Assembly (NCBI GenBank): GCA_951406725.2
Contig: OX597828.1
Location: 73,284,001 to 73,348,000, forward strand
Direction: 5' to 3'
Origin: Octopus vulgaris
Taxonomy: Eukaryota
Length of the DNA: 64,000 nt
Shown here: one piece after another, positions 42,178 through 55,567 of the stretch
Layout: each line of letters starts with the position of its first letter
How positions within the stretch are numbered: position 1 is the stretch's first letter
Position numbers and translations under genes: made by a program
The notes under the pieces: generated by a model
Databases searched by the model: none
Told to the model about the DNA's origin: nothing
The model's input: the letters and a program-made list of their open reading frames with translations, nothing else

Positions 42178-42416
42178 GGGCAGCGAACATGCATTACAAA
42201 TATCACTACCAGTGGTCCAACATGTATAAATAGTCAATAGACAACATATTCATATTTTAATAATAAATAACAAGGTAAAACTTTTTATTTTTCAATTCCT
42301 TCGAAAATTGCTATCAAATCGTGGTTTTGGCCGTGTTGGCTGTTATTTCTAGCATGTAAAAATTACCTATTAAATGGTAGTTTTCTTTTGCGTTTAAATG
42401 TACACTTTTTAAAATA

Positions 42417-42505
<89 letters not shown>

Positions 42506-42538
42506 TAATTAATAAATATATGTTCGTCCTTGGCTTCT

Positions 42539-42627
42539 CTGCTGACGAGGCACGCCAGTTGTAAATAAATTTAATTTAATTTAATTAATTTGTTTACTAA
42601 AGTTTGCCGAAACTATGCATAGTCCAG
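42539..42627 (+). ncRNA. Type I hammerhead ribozyme motif, canonical core, GUC triplet
   Basis: CTG-CTGACGA-GGCA...(AU-rich hairpin)...TGCC-GAAAC-TATGCATA-GTC-CAG. Stem III is the perfect palindrome ACTATGCATAGT. It lies in an approximately 250-bp insert between two (TA)n tracts. Confidence 0.8.
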
Positions 42628-42750
42628 TTATGAAAGGGTAAACGTTTTTATTTCTCTTTCAATTTCAGAATTACAACTATTAGCGGTTAGAGTTTGGTTG
42701 CTCTTTCTAGTGAGTCGAATGTCCTATTATGGCCATTCCTTATATTTTTG

Positions 42751-42783
<33 letters not shown>

Positions 42784-43280
42784 TATATACATAAATATAT
42801 ATAAATTAGAAATAAGGATACCAAAGAGATATCATTATGCTTGAAATAGCAGTCAAAACCTGACTTTAAATCCACATGATGCCCTATTTCATAATTTTAA
42901 TAATAATTATAACCTGCAGTGCTTTTCTTCCCATGCTGCTTCTTGATTTAACCATTATTTAAATAACGTAGTCATAGGTAGGAAGATGAGATGTTTGCCT
43001 CGTGATCCTCAGATTCGATGTTCGGTCGTAGTCTCAGACAGTGACTAGAACTTGAGACATAGTAATTGTTGCGATCTCGAAGGAAACCGAAAGTTCCCAA
43101 GAGGAATTATTGCCTCAACATCTGTTTTGGACAGTGTTAGATAGGAGTTCTTGATTGCAATAGAGGCAACCTGCCTGAGGGGTTGGGGAAAACTGAATTC
43201 TCATTCCGTGTATCCCCGGGTAGGACATACATTGGACATGTGGTAAAAAAATGTTTTGATATGGCTTAAATGTCTCTCTC

Positions 43281-43686
43281 TCTTTTACTCTTTTACTTGT
43301 TTCAGTCATTTGACTGCGGCCATGCTGGAGCACCGCCTCTAGTCGAGCAAATCGACCCCGGGACTTATTATTTGTAAGCCCAGTACTTATTCTATCGGTC
43401 TCTTTTGCCGAACTACTAAGTGACGGGGACATAAACACACCGGCATCGGTTGTCAAGCAATGCTAGAGAGACAAACAGAGACACACAAACACATACACAC
43501 ACATATACATATATACATATATACGACAGGCTTCTTTCAGTTTCCGTCTACCAAATCCACTCACAAGGCATTGGTCGGCCCGGGGCTATAGCAGAAGACA
43601 CTTGCCCAAGATGCCACGCAGTGGGACTGAACCCGGAACCATGTGGTTGGTTAGCAAGCTACTTACCAAACAGCCGCTCCTGCGCC
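43281..43686 (-). mobile_element. SINE family A, full length (about 405 bp)
   Basis: tRNA-like head with B-box-like GGGTTCAGTCCC, central domain, internal (TA)/(TG) tract, tail stem-loop CAGTCAAATGACTG and (GTAAAAGA)n end. Confidence 0.9.
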
Positions 43687-44483
43687 TTTTCCGCCCCTAA
43701 ATTCCACCCCTAAATCGATACGGTTGCATATAGACCAAACTCAATCTATTGGAAACGAGGTATCTCATGCACAAACACCTTGCAATGACGCCTCGACGTG
43801 TTGTTCACCTTCATTCAGATGAGATTAAGATGTTTTAGCGATGCTGTGATTCGGTAATGTATAAAAATTTATCAGAATGAAAGCAGGTAATCAAAATGAT
43901 ACATACATGCATACACACCCTCACACACAGACACATACTGAAACACACACATATATGTATAGATATACGTGTATGTGCGTGCGTGCGTGTGTGTGTGTGT
44001 GAGTGTGTGTGATTCTTTCCTTCGCAACCTTGCAAGCAAGAAGGAGGTCGGTCGACTTAAACGCTAAATCACAAAGTGAAAAAGAAGCAATACATAAATA
44101 AGTCCGTGTATAAGTATGTATGTGAGTGTGATTGTGTGTGTGTGTGTGTGTGTGCGTGTGCGTGTGTGTGTGTGTGTGTGCTAGTGTGAGCATGTGGTAG
44201 TGAGAGTGTATGTTCTAATAAAAACAAAACAAAACGCAAATTTGGGGAAGATACACTATCAATAGTTTCTGACGGATTGTATTTTATAATATATTATATA
44301 ATATAGTTGTATAATATATTTATAAATATTTATAATATATTTATTTGTAGGAACTGGAAAAATGCTTATTAGTGATTTAGATACGAAGAATTTCTTGTTG
44401 CTATTTTCCAAGGTAATTACTTCGGCAAACCGCAAGATAAAGTAAGTTCGGCTATACAATTCTGAAGCCAATCTTTTTCGTAT

Positions 44484-44527
<44 letters not shown>

Positions 44528-44593
44528 GAAAATGTGTGAAATCCTTGGTACAGTTGGGTATATTTGAGAAAGAAAAAGAAAGACTTCACTGCC

Positions 44594-44860
44594 AGTTCTA
44601 ATTAATTTAATTTTCTAATAATTATAATATAATTTTAAAGTGTTGCTTCTAGATCTTGTAAGTTCTTTGTTATCTTTGATGGGGAGATTTTTTCAAGTTT
44701 GGTTTCTAGAGATCTTTTAAAAAGGAATCTTTAAGAAAGTTTCCGCATCGAAGTTACCAAAGAACTTACTAGATCTACGAACCCAGTTGTAAAATTAACT
44801 TATATTATTATTATGAGAAAATTATATTATTATTATGAGAAAATTAGATTAATTAGAACT
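44594..44860. repeat. Imperfect long inverted repeat (about 100-bp arms)
   Basis: AGTTCTAATTAAT / ATTAATTAGAACT and TAGATCTTGTAAGTTCTTTG / CAAAGAACTTACTAGATCTA. Confidence 0.75.
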
Positions 44861-44869
44861 ATATTTGAA

Positions 44870-44919
<50 letters not shown>

Positions 44920-45141
44920 GCATTAAATTTAGAGGACTGACCACTAAAAAAATGGACACCCTATATGCTAGATATAGCCGTCAAAATCGCCATTTTCCAC
45001 GAAGAATGTGTTCTCAAGAAAAAATTCAGCGAAAAGCCAAAGTATAAAAATTTTGTATGTAAAAAGAAAAAAAAAATTAATTTTCGGAATTTTAAAAAAT
45101 ATGCTGGTGCACTGGTTTAATTGATTAATATATATATATAT

Positions 45142-45505
45142 AACTTATAAATAAAGGCAAACGAAAAAATTTCTAACGCCAAATATGCCGAAAATTGGAC
45201 GTATTGTCCATTTACCATATAATTTTTTCCCCAGTACGCACGCTACTCGAAAAAAATCGATCCGATGTGGTTTAAATGGAATTTTTTAGAGATTTCTGTC
45301 GGCCTTTTTTCGAGTAGCGTGCATACTGGGGAAAAAAATTATATGGTAAATGGACAATATGTCCAATTTTTGCCATATTTGCCATTAGAAGTTTTTTCGT
45401 TTGCCCTTATTTATAAGTTGTTTATAATTTAACCTTTAAAGGTATTTTTTAATATGCTGGGTATTGATAGAATTTTTTTTCGAAAATATTTTATACTACA
45501 TTAGA
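45142..45505. mobile_element. Fold-back repeat family P, copy 2 (about 114-bp arms, 45142-45255 and 45305-45419)
   Basis: Arms nearly complementary, e.g. ATTGTCCATTTACCATATAATTTTTT / AAAAAATTATATGGTAAATGGACAAT. Spacer and tail shared with the 12701 copy. Confidence 0.8.
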
Positions 45506-45597
45506 TATATATATATGTATAATAATAATATTAGGAAGTAAATCCAAACTTACAGGGAAAAATTAAATTTAGGATTAAATCTAATTTTATAGTATAA

Positions 45598-45692
45598 ATA
45601 TATATATTAAATTAGAGATAAAACCACTATTAGGCAAATCAAACTGTTTGATTTGCCTAATAGTGGTTTTATCTCTAATTTAATATATATAT
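45598..45692. repeat. Perfect palindrome, 47-bp arms, 1-nt spacer
   Basis: ...TTAAATTAGAGATAAAACCACTATTAGGCAAATCAAAC-T-GTTTGATTTGCCTAATAGTGGTTTTATCTCTAATTTAA... Confidence 0.9.
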
Positions 45693-45734
45693 GTATATAT
45701 AATTTAATATATATATATATGTATATATATATAT

Positions 45735-45821
<87 letters not shown>

Positions 45822-47184
45822 ATATACATATATGTATGTATGTATGTATGTATCTATGTATGCATGTATGTATGTATGGGTTGAAAGGTCAGATTGTCAA
45901 GGCGTAAGGCAGTAACCCATGCACGATCAGTTTAACACCAATTTGTATATTGCGCACGCAACCCTTCATGAATGAAGAGAAGGTGGAAGTTTCAGTGTAG
46001 AAGTTGTTCGCCTCCAGGACAAGAACAGGTGTCAGCGTGGGATCAAAGGACAGGTAGAAAGGTGCACTCAGACTGTGCATCACGCTGGCTTCTGGTTTGA
46101 AGTCTCGGCCACTTTACTTGTACGCTGACGGATTATGCAGATAAGTTACGAAAATATTGGAACGTAATATTTCGGTAATACAAAGAATAAAATCGTATAC
46201 AAACACTTTTTATAGCAATAAATCTTTCTGCAAATATATTGTTTATCCATTACTGATCAAAAAATATCGAAATAATCGTTATGTTATCTTTTATGAAATG
46301 TATAAAATCCTTATTTCTGTTTTAAGTATTATATTATTGTCCTTAGAATTTCGTTAGCAGTAAATAATATTTCAGTTAATTATTTATAGCAATTGAACAG
46401 AACTTCGAATTATGTAGGTATTATTATGTATGCTTGTATGTATGTATGTATGTATGTATGTATGTATGTATGTATGTATGTATGTATGCGTGTATGTATG
46501 TATGTATGTATCTACATATGTATGTATGTGCGTACATATGCATGCTTGAATGTATGTATGTATATGTATGGTCTCTTGTGTTTCGTAGATAATCGAAAAG
46601 GCAACAAGCTCGCAGAATGTTTGGTACGCTGGACAAAATACTTTATTTTATTCATTGCTTTTGTTTTGGTCAGTTTGCTGAATAGAGTGTGTGGAAGAGA
46701 ACCGTTATGTGCAAACTAATTGTCTTGGTGGTCAGGACCCTTCGCTATCAGGAAGGACCTTCTCAATACACCCGATTGTTGATAAATTGCATAAAGGAAG
46801 GAATCTTTAACTTGCTCACTTCTGTCCTACGTTGCCGTTCTGCTCCTTCGATGAGTAATCCAGGAGATAGTTCGTTTCTCACCTGCTGCTTAATGCAAAG
46901 AGAAGTGAAGATAAACAGCAAGTTATATGGATCATAACAATTAGCACTGGGTTACCAGTAAAATATTTTACTTAGCCAACTGCAGTTTTATCTCAACGTA
47001 CGGATTTCCAGGATTCTTAAACTCAATTAAATGTCATTCACTAATGCTAGGTTAATAATGAATAATTCTTATTGTGAGAAGACGTAATGTTATCAAAAGG
47101 GATTTTATATTTAAGAGATGACGAATTATTTACATTATTTACATTATTTACAATTTACAGATATTTGTCCTCATCTTGTTTGTT

Positions 47185-47230
47185 AACACAACGTTTCGGT
47201 TGATATACCCTACAACCTTCATCAGGTGTC
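47185..47230 (-). ncRNA. Minimal type I hammerhead motif, canonical core
   Basis: Minus strand GACAC-CTGATGA-A-GGTTG-TAGGGTATAT-CAACC-GAAAC-GTT-GTGTT. Confidence 0.75.
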
Positions 47231-47279
47231 TTGGGAAAATTTTGAACCTGTGTTCTAATTCCTAAGGTATTTTTTGTTA

Positions 47280-47351
<72 letters not shown>

Positions 47352-47605
47352 CATTATTCAGGTCACTACCTGGAATCGAACTCGGAATCTTGTAGTTAGT
47401 AGCCCGCGCTCTTAACCACTATGCCATGTGCCCACAGGCATATAGCTTTGTAGCTAAGAACGCGGGCTAATGACTCCAAAATTCCGAGTTCGGTTCCAGG
47501 TAGTGACCTGAATAATGATGATGATGCTAATAATAATAATAATAATAATAATAATATAACGAAAAATACTTTAGGAATGAGAACCCAGTTTCAAAATTTC
47601 CCCAA

Positions 47606-47651
47606 GACACCAGATGAAGGCTGGAGGGTATATCAGCCGAAACAATGTGTT
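47606..47651 (+). ncRNA. Degenerate hammerhead motif (U4A, mutated stem III/triplet)
   Basis: GACAC-CAGATGA-A-GGCTG-GAGGGTATAT-CAGCC-GAAAC-AAT-GTGTT. Confidence 0.55.
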
Positions 47652-48980
47652 AACAACAAACAAGATGAGGACAAATATCTGTAAATTGTAAATAAAGTAA
47701 ATAATGATTTTATATTGTTTAATTCGAAGAGGAACACTATATTTTGTCGCCTTAAACGTAATGAGAGATGAGATTTTCTGTTTTATTAAACTTAATGGTA
47801 CATAGAATGCTGCATCCTATTAAAATTAGTGAAATATTGAGATTTTGCACATCTTTGATTCTAATGAGAATGAGAATGTTTGATAGTTAAATTGGTGAGA
47901 ATTCTTGATGCTTAAATTGAATAACATATGATATTATTTTCTCTTAAATTCAAATTCAACATGTTTGTAATATGGATGATAAAAATCTTTATTCAAAGGA
48001 AATTTGAAATATTTCCACCCATTTAATTAATTGAGTATCACTCGTGTCAAGTTTCAATTTATTTATATTTTATGAACTTGATTAAAGTTTGAACTCTGGA
48101 TCAAGCGATATACATTCATAGATGTGCAATTCAACCTTAACCTTCAGCACTAAGTGTAGCTCTTAGGAACTGGTCCTTCCAAAAAGCACCTTAACATAGG
48201 TCTGCCCACTTTACCTGTCAATATCTTAATATGAAAATCATCAAACATGCCTTCTCCCATCACAATATTTATGGCACCTCAGTGTCATTAAGGCAGTGAC
48301 ACGAGGCAGGATTTGAACACAGATCCCCAACAGACATAACGAGACACCGCAAATCTCTTACAAGAAATAGACATAATCCAACCCCGAAAACACCAACTTG
48401 AATTGAGTCGTTTATTTACGAACCCCAAGAGATGAGACGAAGGGCACGATTGATTGTAACAGGATTTGAAACCAAAGTGGAGATACCCAGAGCTAATCTC
48501 GCAAACGATTTTAAAGAACTCGCTAACCACTCAACCAGGTAACCTAATATATAACTACATATACATTACAGAGCAAAGACAGAGAAATGAACAAAAGAAA
48601 TACAAAGCCTAAGGAATTTGTCTGCAAATGGAAGCGACAAAAGTTGGCTTTCAACTTCGCAAATTCAGATTCTTTCAAAGTTAGAATCAGATGTGACTTG
48701 CAACATTTCTAGCATTTCTAGAAAAAGTTTTTCAAGTTTCAGAGTAGCAATAGGAATTGGTGCCAGATTCTACATTGAGCAGCAATGAAGTGGCAGCCCC
48801 TATAATGTACTTTCACTTTAGGGGTCATTACGCAAGTAAACCCTGCCACTTACGACATTGAAATTTACAAAGTTTGATACGTAATACGTATAATATATAT
48901 TCTTTCTCAAGTGGTTAACATATTACAAACACACACAGACACACACGCACACACACATATATATGTATGTATATATATAT

Positions 48981-49105
48981 CGCAGGAGTGGCTGTGTGGT
49001 AAGTAGCTTGCTTACCAACGACATGGTTCCTTAGACAAGTGTCTTCTACTTCACAAAGCGTTGTGAGTGGATTTGGTAGACGGAAACTGAAAGAAGCCCG
49101 TCGTA
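48981..49105 (+). mobile_element. SINE family A 5' half with internal deletions
   Basis: CGCAGGAGTGGCTGTGTGGTAAGTAGC...TTGTGAGTGGATTTGGTAGACGGAAACTGAAAGAAGCCCGTCG. Confidence 0.85.
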
Positions 49106-49131
49106 TATGTATACATACATACATACATACA

Positions 49132-49200
<69 letters not shown>

Positions 49201-49331
49201 ATATATATCCATACGCGCATATAGAAGCATACATGAAGAGACAGGCAGATTGATATGCAGATATTTAAAATAGAGGTATATCCATATATTCACATACATA
49301 TATATATAATATTCATGTATATAAATTCAGA

Positions 49332-49392
<61 letters not shown>

Positions 49393-49629
49393 GTACAAAG
49401 ATCAATTGTATTGTACAAATGTATAATATAGATGCTTGTTTTACATGCATAATGGATTTTTAGAGAGCTTATTATGTGTGGAGATATACTTATGAATGTA
49501 TGTATATATGAACACATCCACACACACATCCACACACACACCCACACACGCACACATATAGACATTAATATACTCATAGGTGTGTATAACGGTACATCTA
49601 TCAATAAAAGTCCCTGTAATCGTGTCTTC

Positions 49630-49663
<34 letters not shown>

Positions 49664-50006
49664 TTGTGTGTGTGCGTGTAATCGATATGCATGTAAGACA
49701 GTTATCATGCGTTAATGACAAAAGATCTTGTCTAACACGAATCAATAACAGGAATCAATCGACAAAACAGTTCCCGAGATGTCAACCCACCCACTAAACA
49801 GCTTTTCTACACACGGATATAGATAATGATCACAAAAAATATATTACACACACACACAAAGGCACACACGCAGACATGCACACACATACACGCACACGCA
49901 CGCGTGCACATACACAGAGGAACTCATTTGAACATCTTTATATATGTTCATGTGCTTGTGTCCATGTGTGCGTGTGTGTGTGTGCGCGTATGCATATATA
50001 TATGTG

Positions 50007-50064
<58 letters not shown>

Positions 50065-50145
50065 TATGTTTGTATATATATTTAATGAACTAAACGGCTT
50101 CAGTCGAGCTAAATTTTTGTGTCAGGACATTTGTGAAGGCCTCCA

Positions 50146-50216
<71 letters not shown>

Positions 50217-50811
50217 GCATGCATGTATGTATGAATACCAGTTTATCAACTTTCATCTTGCATTTTTTCTGACGAGTGAATGTTAGAAGTATTTAAGAAT
50301 TTAAGAAACGATTTAATTTCTTTTCTTTACAGTCTGGAACCATTAAAGCATAAGGAACTCAACAACAACAAAAACAACAACGATTTGAAGCCCTTAACCT
50401 CAAATTTGCGAAGGGTTATCGCGGCATTCAGCGATCCGAGTACTTCATGTTATATAACTGCATCGACCCCGGAATGGCAAAAGCTCAGATTTTCGTGGGA
50501 AAAGTTTTAGCCAATTAAGTACATTCCCACCACTCGAATGTTATTTTGATTCATCTCTCTTACATGTATAAATGGTAAGAATTCCTGTAAAATTGCGGGA
50601 TTTTAAAGTAAAAGGAAGTGATGAAATGAAATAAAATAAAAACATTGGAACTGTTTGTGCTGAAGGATTTGTGAAACTTTCTAAAGACTGTGCGAGTGCA
50701 ACGCCTCCTAACAACAGTTAGAAATAAAGTTGATCAAAGAATTTTAAAACTGGCATACTAACTTCGAAGTCACTGCCACCCCTGTTTTTGTAAAAGTATG
50801 ATAGTATATAC

Positions 50812-50889
<78 letters not shown>

Positions 50890-51021
50890 TACAGGGGTAA
50901 AAAGAAGTATTAAATGACTTTTTAGTTCAATGTGAAATTGTTTTGTTACTCTTATTGATAAATCCAAAGATTTGATACTCACAAAGACTTATTAATGAAC
51001 TCAAGCACGTGTGTATATGTG

Positions 51022-51078
<57 letters not shown>

Positions 51079-51641
51079 GTGTGTGTGTGTGTGTGTATGT
51101 ATATATGTGCGAATGTACGTATATGTATAAATATATAAGTGAAGAAAAATGAAAATAGTCAGACAGATAGACCTACATGCATCCATATATTTGTGAATAT
51201 GTGTGTGTGTGTATACATAAATCCATACATACATATATATAAATCCATACATACATATATATATATATACACACACAAAGAGAAAAGATGAAAAAACATA
51301 GAAGATTTGTTTTACAGAATTAAGGAGTATATTGTACAAAATGAGATTTTGAACATAATTGAAGTAAGAACCGGTTTCGCATGTGTTTACAGTGATTAAA
51401 ATTTAGTGACCCTTTGATACGGAAAAGTGCATTAGATATAAAAGAATAGCCAGGGTTTGAACACAGAACGCATTTGTACAGAAGTACATAACAGAGTCAC
51501 ATTTTCCGGTGGTTTGTTTAGCGCCAAACCGACTGCAAAATGTCACAAACGTGAGTTATTAACTAACTGTTCAAAAGTTAATATACATAAGGACATCTAC
51601 ATAAGTACATCTATCTTTCTATCTATATAAATATATATATA

Positions 51642-51703
<62 letters not shown>

Positions 51704-51741
51704 CATATATATATACATATATATATATATGTATGTATATA

Positions 51742-51795
<54 letters not shown>

Positions 51796-51904
51796 GGTCC
51801 CGGGTTGATTCGGGGTTAACCACAGTAAGTAAGGTCAATACATTCCTGAAGATTTCTCTTGAATGAAACAGTACTAGTCCTGTAGAAGCTCCTTCTATAT
51901 AATA

Positions 51905-51940
<36 letters not shown>

Positions 51941-52531
51941 CTTATATGTATGTATGTACTTTTTAATATATATTTTTGCGTGTATATTCTTATAAATCTC
52001 TACCGCGGCGTTACAGTTGTTTAATAAAAAAAAACAAGGTGTATAATTGTACCATATAGTAATAGAATGAAAATTATATTATAACATAGAATAGTACGCA
52101 TACAATGCAATATACAACCAGCATATAATGCAATATAACAACAATGCAAGGTGATGCAACTAATATGCAATGTAATACAGCGTAATGGAAGTAACACATG
52201 AGAGATATGAAGCCAACATACCTTAACTGTGGCTCTTTGCAAAACTTTTCTTCTCAAGCGTTATCATGAAAAAGCTCAGTGAGGACTGTCTGGTGAGGGC
52301 TAAAGATCTCTCCCTTCATATAGCAACTAGTAGTAGTAGTAATAGTGGTGGTGATGGTGGTGGTGGTGGTGGTGGTGGTGGCCGTGCACTGTGGAGCTAT
52401 GCCTTTATTTTGTGGAGGAGTAGTAGTGATAGTAGAGGAACCAATGATGACGGTAATGATGATGATGATGTCGATGGTGGTGGTGGTGGTGGTGGTGGTG
52501 GTGGTGAAAGTAATTGTTTATATATTGTTTG

Positions 52532-52570
<39 letters not shown>

Positions 52571-52833
52571 CATGCGTTGATATTTTCCCCTTTTGTTTGT
52601 AAGTTTCTTCTCTCCTCCTCCTCCTCATCGCCCTCCCCCTCCGCCTCCCCTCTTCAACTTCTTTTTTCCTCTTCGTCTCCGCCTCCTCCCGCTTTTCAGT
52701 TGCTCACTCTTTCTTCGCCTCTATCTCTCCTCCCACCTTTCTAGTCCTTCATTTCACCACTCCTTCTTGCACTTTTTCCTAATCCTCCTCCCATCCTTCT
52801 TCCCACCCTTTCAAACATCTTACGCCACTTCTC

Positions 52834-53035
52834 CTTCTTCTTCTTCTTCTTCTTCTTCTTCTTCTTCTTCTTCTTCTTCTTCTTCTTCTTCTTCTTCTTC
52901 TTCTTCTTCTTCTTCTTCTTCTTCTGCTTATTTTTCTTCTTCTTCTTCTTCTTCTTCTTCTTCTCCTTCCTCTTCTTCTTCTTCTTCTTCTTCTTCTTCT
53001 TCCCTTTCTTCTTCTTCTTCATTCTTCTTCTTCTT
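52834..53035. repeat. (TTC)n microsatellite within a polypyrimidine tract
   Basis: Direct reading. Confidence 0.95.
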
Positions 53036-53189
53036 TTTCTTCTTTTTCCTCTCTTTCCCCCCTCACTCACTCTGCTCACACTTCCTTCTTCGTCTCTTCC
53101 ACCCCGCCTTTTCTTTCTCACTCCGCAACTCTTTTTAACTTTTCCCAACTCTTCCTTTCTCTCATTTCTCTCCTTTCCCCTTCGTACAT

Positions 53190-53556
<367 letters not shown>

Positions 53557-53957
53557 GTGCAGCCCTGTGTGGCTAATAAAGAAACATATCTATCTATATA
53601 TATATATATATATATATCTACTTCTCTATCCATCTATCTACCTATCAGTTTACCTACCTATCTACCTACCTGCCTCCCTCCCTCCTTCCCTATCTACCTA
53701 CCTACCTACCGACCTACCTACATACATACATACATACATATCTGCATATGTACATGCATACATACATACTTCTCTATCTATGTACCTATCTGTCTGTCTG
53801 TCTATCAATCTATCTTCCAATTCATTTATCTCTATATAACTTTCCAAGCCTCTCTTCCTGTCTCTGTATCACACCCACTCCCTCCCCACTCTCTCTCTCT
53901 CTCTCTCTCTCTCAGTATATATGCGTCTACATATATTTATCTCCCTCATTAAACGCG

Positions 53958-54000
<43 letters not shown>

Positions 54001-54179
54001 CACTATCTCACCTCCTCTAAATCTCTGCCTCACACAAATGCGAACCCATTTCCTAACTCCCACTTCTTCTCTCGCCCTCTCCGTCTTCCTCTCTAAGCAT
54101 ATCCTTCCTTCACTCTCCTAGTCTCAATTTTTTCGCCCCTCCCTATCTCTCCCTCTCTCATTCTCTTTCTTTCTTTCTT

Positions 54180-54216
<37 letters not shown>

Positions 54217-54325
54217 GTCACCCTACCCTTCAATCTTTCTCATGATCATACCTCGTCAGTCTCTCGCTTTTTCTCTCTATCTTTCTCTCCATATATCTGT
54301 ATCATACATATTCCCCATCTCTTTC

Positions 54326-54376
<51 letters not shown>

Positions 54377-54404
54377 GTATTTATATATATATATACATAC
54401 ATAC

Positions 54405-54436
<32 letters not shown>

Positions 54437-54442
54437 ATATAC

Positions 54443-54494
<52 letters not shown>

Positions 54495-55033
54495 ATACAT
54501 ACATATATATATGTGTGTGTGTGTATGTATGTATCCCCCTCCCTCTCACACTTTCCATCATGTTTTATTATCACCTTTGTCCCAATTGTTGATGCTGCTG
54601 TTGTTGCGGTTTGTTGTTATTATCATTGCTGCTGCTGCTGATGTTGTTGTTTTTCATTGTCTAGTTTCACTTTCGCTTTCGATTTCTGTTGTGTCGCGAG
54701 CCACTCTACCAATTTTCTCGTTGCTATTATTTAACCCGTGGTCAGACACGAACAAACATAACTACAATTAACATTCCATTCGTGGCCCTCTCGCATTTTT
54801 TTTTTAGAAATACATTACTCACTGTGCCTTGCTTTTTTGTAAAGTCAGTAAAATATGAAATGAAATAGATTTTACTAGTGTTTCTAGCAAACCTAAAAAC
54901 CACCTTGAAGCTTTCATATTATCGTTTCCTTTTGTTGTTGTTGAGTTTTATTTTTGTTACTTTTGTTGTTACTGTTTGTTGTTGCTGTGTTCATAGTTTT
55001 TAATTTAACGTATTAAATGAAATATAGTAGTAA

Positions 55034-55108
<75 letters not shown>

Positions 55109-55160
55109 TAGTCGCAGCAGCAGTAATAGTCGCAGCAGCAGCAGCAGTAGTAGCAGCAGC

Positions 55161-55200
<40 letters not shown>

Positions 55201-55535
55201 ATTGTTGTTTTTTTCCTATGTTATTTCTACTAATTATTTTGAATTGCTGCTGTTGCACTAATAATAATAATAATTGTAGTTGTTTTTGCTGCTGATGGTG
55301 TTGCTGTTGTCATAACCGACGACGTTGTTGTTCTTGTTGTTGCCTTCGTCCTTTAGTATTCTTGTAGTGGAGCCAGAAATGCGTGTCGTTGTTTTTTTTT
55401 TTGTTTCGGCGGTGGCGGTGGTGGTGATGATGGTGGTTGTGGTGGTGGTGTTGGTGGTCGTCGTTGTAGTGGTGATGATGGTGGTGATGTTATCGTGATT
55501 CTTTTGTTTGTTGTATAAAGTTTGTGGCGTCAATT

Positions 55536-55567
<32 letters not shown>

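Larger units (their letters stand above)
47112..47705. mobile_element. Fold-back element: two head-to-head units of tRNA-like head, (AAT)n and hammerhead, with 11-bp TSD
   Basis: GATTTTATATT at 47101-47111 and 47706-47716. Left unit (minus) spans 47112-47432 and right unit (plus) spans 47437-47705. A box TGGCATAGTGG, B box GAGTTCGATTCC. Confidence 0.8.

Noticed and set aside
45889-46083. Non-repetitive 64-aa ORF as an exon
   Set aside because: No recognisable domain or convincing splice sites.
47362-47510. Genuine tRNA genes (also 57005, 10310, 9860)
   Set aside because: A/B boxes are present but the acceptor stems and cloverleaf are not intact, and each continues into repeat body, so they are SINE heads.
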